64,000 nt of DNA. Origin: Lingula anatina (Eukaryota > Animalia > Brachiopoda). The notes beneath the pieces were generated by a model. That model saw only the letters and a list, made by a program, of their open reading frames with translations, made no database searches and was not told where the DNA came from. Positions 62,031 through 64,000 of the stretch are shown here, one piece after another (positions within the stretch are counted from its first letter, which is position 1; each line of letters begins with the position of its first letter). Location: positions 7,564,001 through 7,628,000 of the forward strand of contig CM120640.1 in the NCBI GenBank assembly GCA_051362555.1, written 5' to 3'. A program made the position numbers and the translations under genes.

Positions 62031-62180
62031 ATAGGCCCCTATATATATATTGTAAGAGCATTATATATATATTGTAAGAGCATTGTAGAGTATTTTTTCC
62101 TTCATGTAATTATTCAATATACAGATTTTCATTAAATTAAGGTATTATTTTGCTTTATCAACGAAAAATTCTGAACGAAG

Positions 62181-62183
<3 letters not shown>

Positions 62184-62247
<64 letters not shown>
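62184..62247. repeat. (TA)n microsatellite
   Basis: About 30 TA units, following one copy of a ~65-bp direct repeat (62119-62185 / 62478-62542). Confidence 0.95.
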
Positions 62248-62251
<4 letters not shown>

Positions 62252-62563
62252 CTAGTTGCAATGTATAAGCACAGGCAACCCAAAGCTTTAATCGTCAATT
62301 TAACACCTTTCTGTTTTGAGGTGAGATAGCAATCGGTATGGGACACGTGTAACTTCATCCCTAGTCTGAGTGAGATTTTATCACGAATTTTGGCAGAGTT
62401 GACTAGAGTATTTCGACTACAACCCGGGTCATCATTTTGGTTTAAAGTATTTGCTATGCAGTTATGAGCCTCTAAGTACAGATTTTCATTAAATTAAGGT
62501 ATTATTTTGCTTTATCAACGAAAAATTCTGAACGAAGAACTAAGAAAAATTCGACAGCCAACC

Positions 62564-62800
62564 CTAAAAACTCAATATCTGCATGCCTTCATGACTGAAA
62601 ACGACGTGATTCCAGTACAGTGATTTGTCTGCAAACGCACGTGGTCCCCAACCATGACTTGCTGTTAACAGTGGTTTTAGTACGGGTCTTCGTGCAAAAT
62701 AACCGGTTTTCAGTAATCTCTTGTTCACGAGGGACTTTGAAACCGACGTTTGGAATGACATTCTGCCAAGTGGGGAGGCTTGTGAGAGGCGGAGATACCA
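62564..62800 (-). pseudogene. Degenerate Tc1/mariner transposase fragment
   Basis: VSKSLVNKRLLKTGYFARRPVLKPLLTASH...W NHVVFSHE resembles the Tc1 pattern VS..TV.RRL...G...RRP..KPLLT..H...R..W...W..V.FSDE (second HTH to first catalytic Asp; that Asp reads His here). Confidence 0.7.
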
Positions 62801-63288
62801 TTACACGATTAAGCGGTTTTCCTTTCATGTACATGTACATGTAGGTCCGCCATATTTAGGGGGTGGACCAGCTAACAATCGGCTCTTCTCATTCTGAATT
62901 GCCAGACATAATAAGTCCTTGCAGGAGCCATAATTGTACCAAGCTTCTTGTTGACATCCAACGTTCTGTTGCCAATGACTTCACCGTTACCGTGACACAG
63001 GGAACTTTCGGGGAATTTCATCTTGCTCTTAAAAGGATGCCCAGGGGATGCAGTTGAACGTCTTACCCATTAAACTTTTATAACCAGTGGGAAAAATTTC
63101 TTCCTTTCATATGCATGGAATTCGCCCCACTATCGAACGTTGCAATATATGAAAAAGTTATGGAGAAAAAAATTGAAGTCCAGAAATTCTTGTCTACTTC
63201 TACTTTACCTGGAGTATCAGAGCCTTAGCTTTGATTTTCCAAAGTGACAAGAGAAAAAAAAGAGGCAGAGAGAGAGAAAGAGGGACGG

Positions 63289-63622
63289 ATGTCTGTCCCG
63301 CCTACTAAAAGCTGTATGGGGTAATTAACTATAGTGCGCGCTCGGCTGACAGCTATTTAGCGTGAACCCCCAGGGAGTAAGGTCGATCCAGATGGATCGA
63401 TCTCAATCTATGGGAATGCAGATATTTGGATCGATTTATCTCCATGTGGAGTCTCACTAAATTGCTGTCAACTTGGCCGGCTTAAATGTATGTCACGCCT
63501 AGTAAAGCTGTTACGGGGTAATTATCTTTACCCCCTAGCTAATTTGGTAGGCGTGACAGACATTTAAGGTGCTTAGTTGAAAACAATTTAGTGAGACTCC
63601 CCAGGGAGTTAGATCGATCCAA
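63289..63622. mobile_element. Further copies of the PIF/Harbinger MITE family (one reverse copy plus one fully palindromic variant)
   Basis: 63289-63420 matches the reverse complement of the 31399 element. 63427-63622 has two inverted arms, TGGATCGAT..GAGTCTCACTAAATTG..GTCACGCCTA / TAGGCGTGAC..CAATTTAGTGAGACTC..ATCGATCCA. Confidence 0.75.
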
Positions 63623-64000
63623 AGGGATTTGAAAATTTTGGAATCCGGAGAAACCTCTGTCTTATAGATTTTTAGCATTTCCAACAAGGTGTATATTGCG
63701 CGTAAAGATCATTGGGTCAAGTGGTAGCAGCCTCGTTGATGTCGTAGTTATTGAATGAATGTCAGTGTAAGATATTGAATGCTTGCTCACTTATGCCGAT
63801 TTTGTTAGACATGGACTTAAAAAAAGCAGAAAAAAGTAATTTTGAGTTGGCAGTGTGCAGATACTTGATGTCACACGCTGACTGACGCGCGCTCTGCCAT
63901 ACACAATTACGCATATACTTGCACAAACATATGTTTTTTAAGTTTGTGAATTATGAAAGAACGATCAATAAATGTTTCAATACTGATTGACTTTGAGTGT

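Overview
AT-rich, intron-rich animal genomic DNA, most likely a marine invertebrate (lophotrochozoan/mollusc-like; this is an inference from style and repeats). I reconstructed five spliced genes by hand with consistent splice phases. (1) The 3' half of an X11/Mint/LIN-10 (APBA) PTB-PDZ-PDZ adaptor (+), including a probable 6-nt microexon. (2) A complete bleomycin hydrolase (+, 11 exons, 458 aa) whose normally fixed C-terminus is extended and ends in a PTS1-like AKL. (3) A two-exon KCNMB/TipE-like two-TM channel auxiliary subunit (-). (4) A TMEM179-like four-TM protein with a long acidic tail (+). (5) A 20-exon, ~1257-aa protein with an N-terminal double zinc ribbon and 17 C2H2 fingers (-). 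Introns and intergenic DNA carry non-autonomous transposons: a TA-flanked TIR element, a foldback element with a nested Helentron/HINE, a second HINE family, PIF/Harbinger-type MITEs and a Tc1 transposase relic. The Helentron's 146-bp internal satellite carries DR1 nuclear-receptor motifs.
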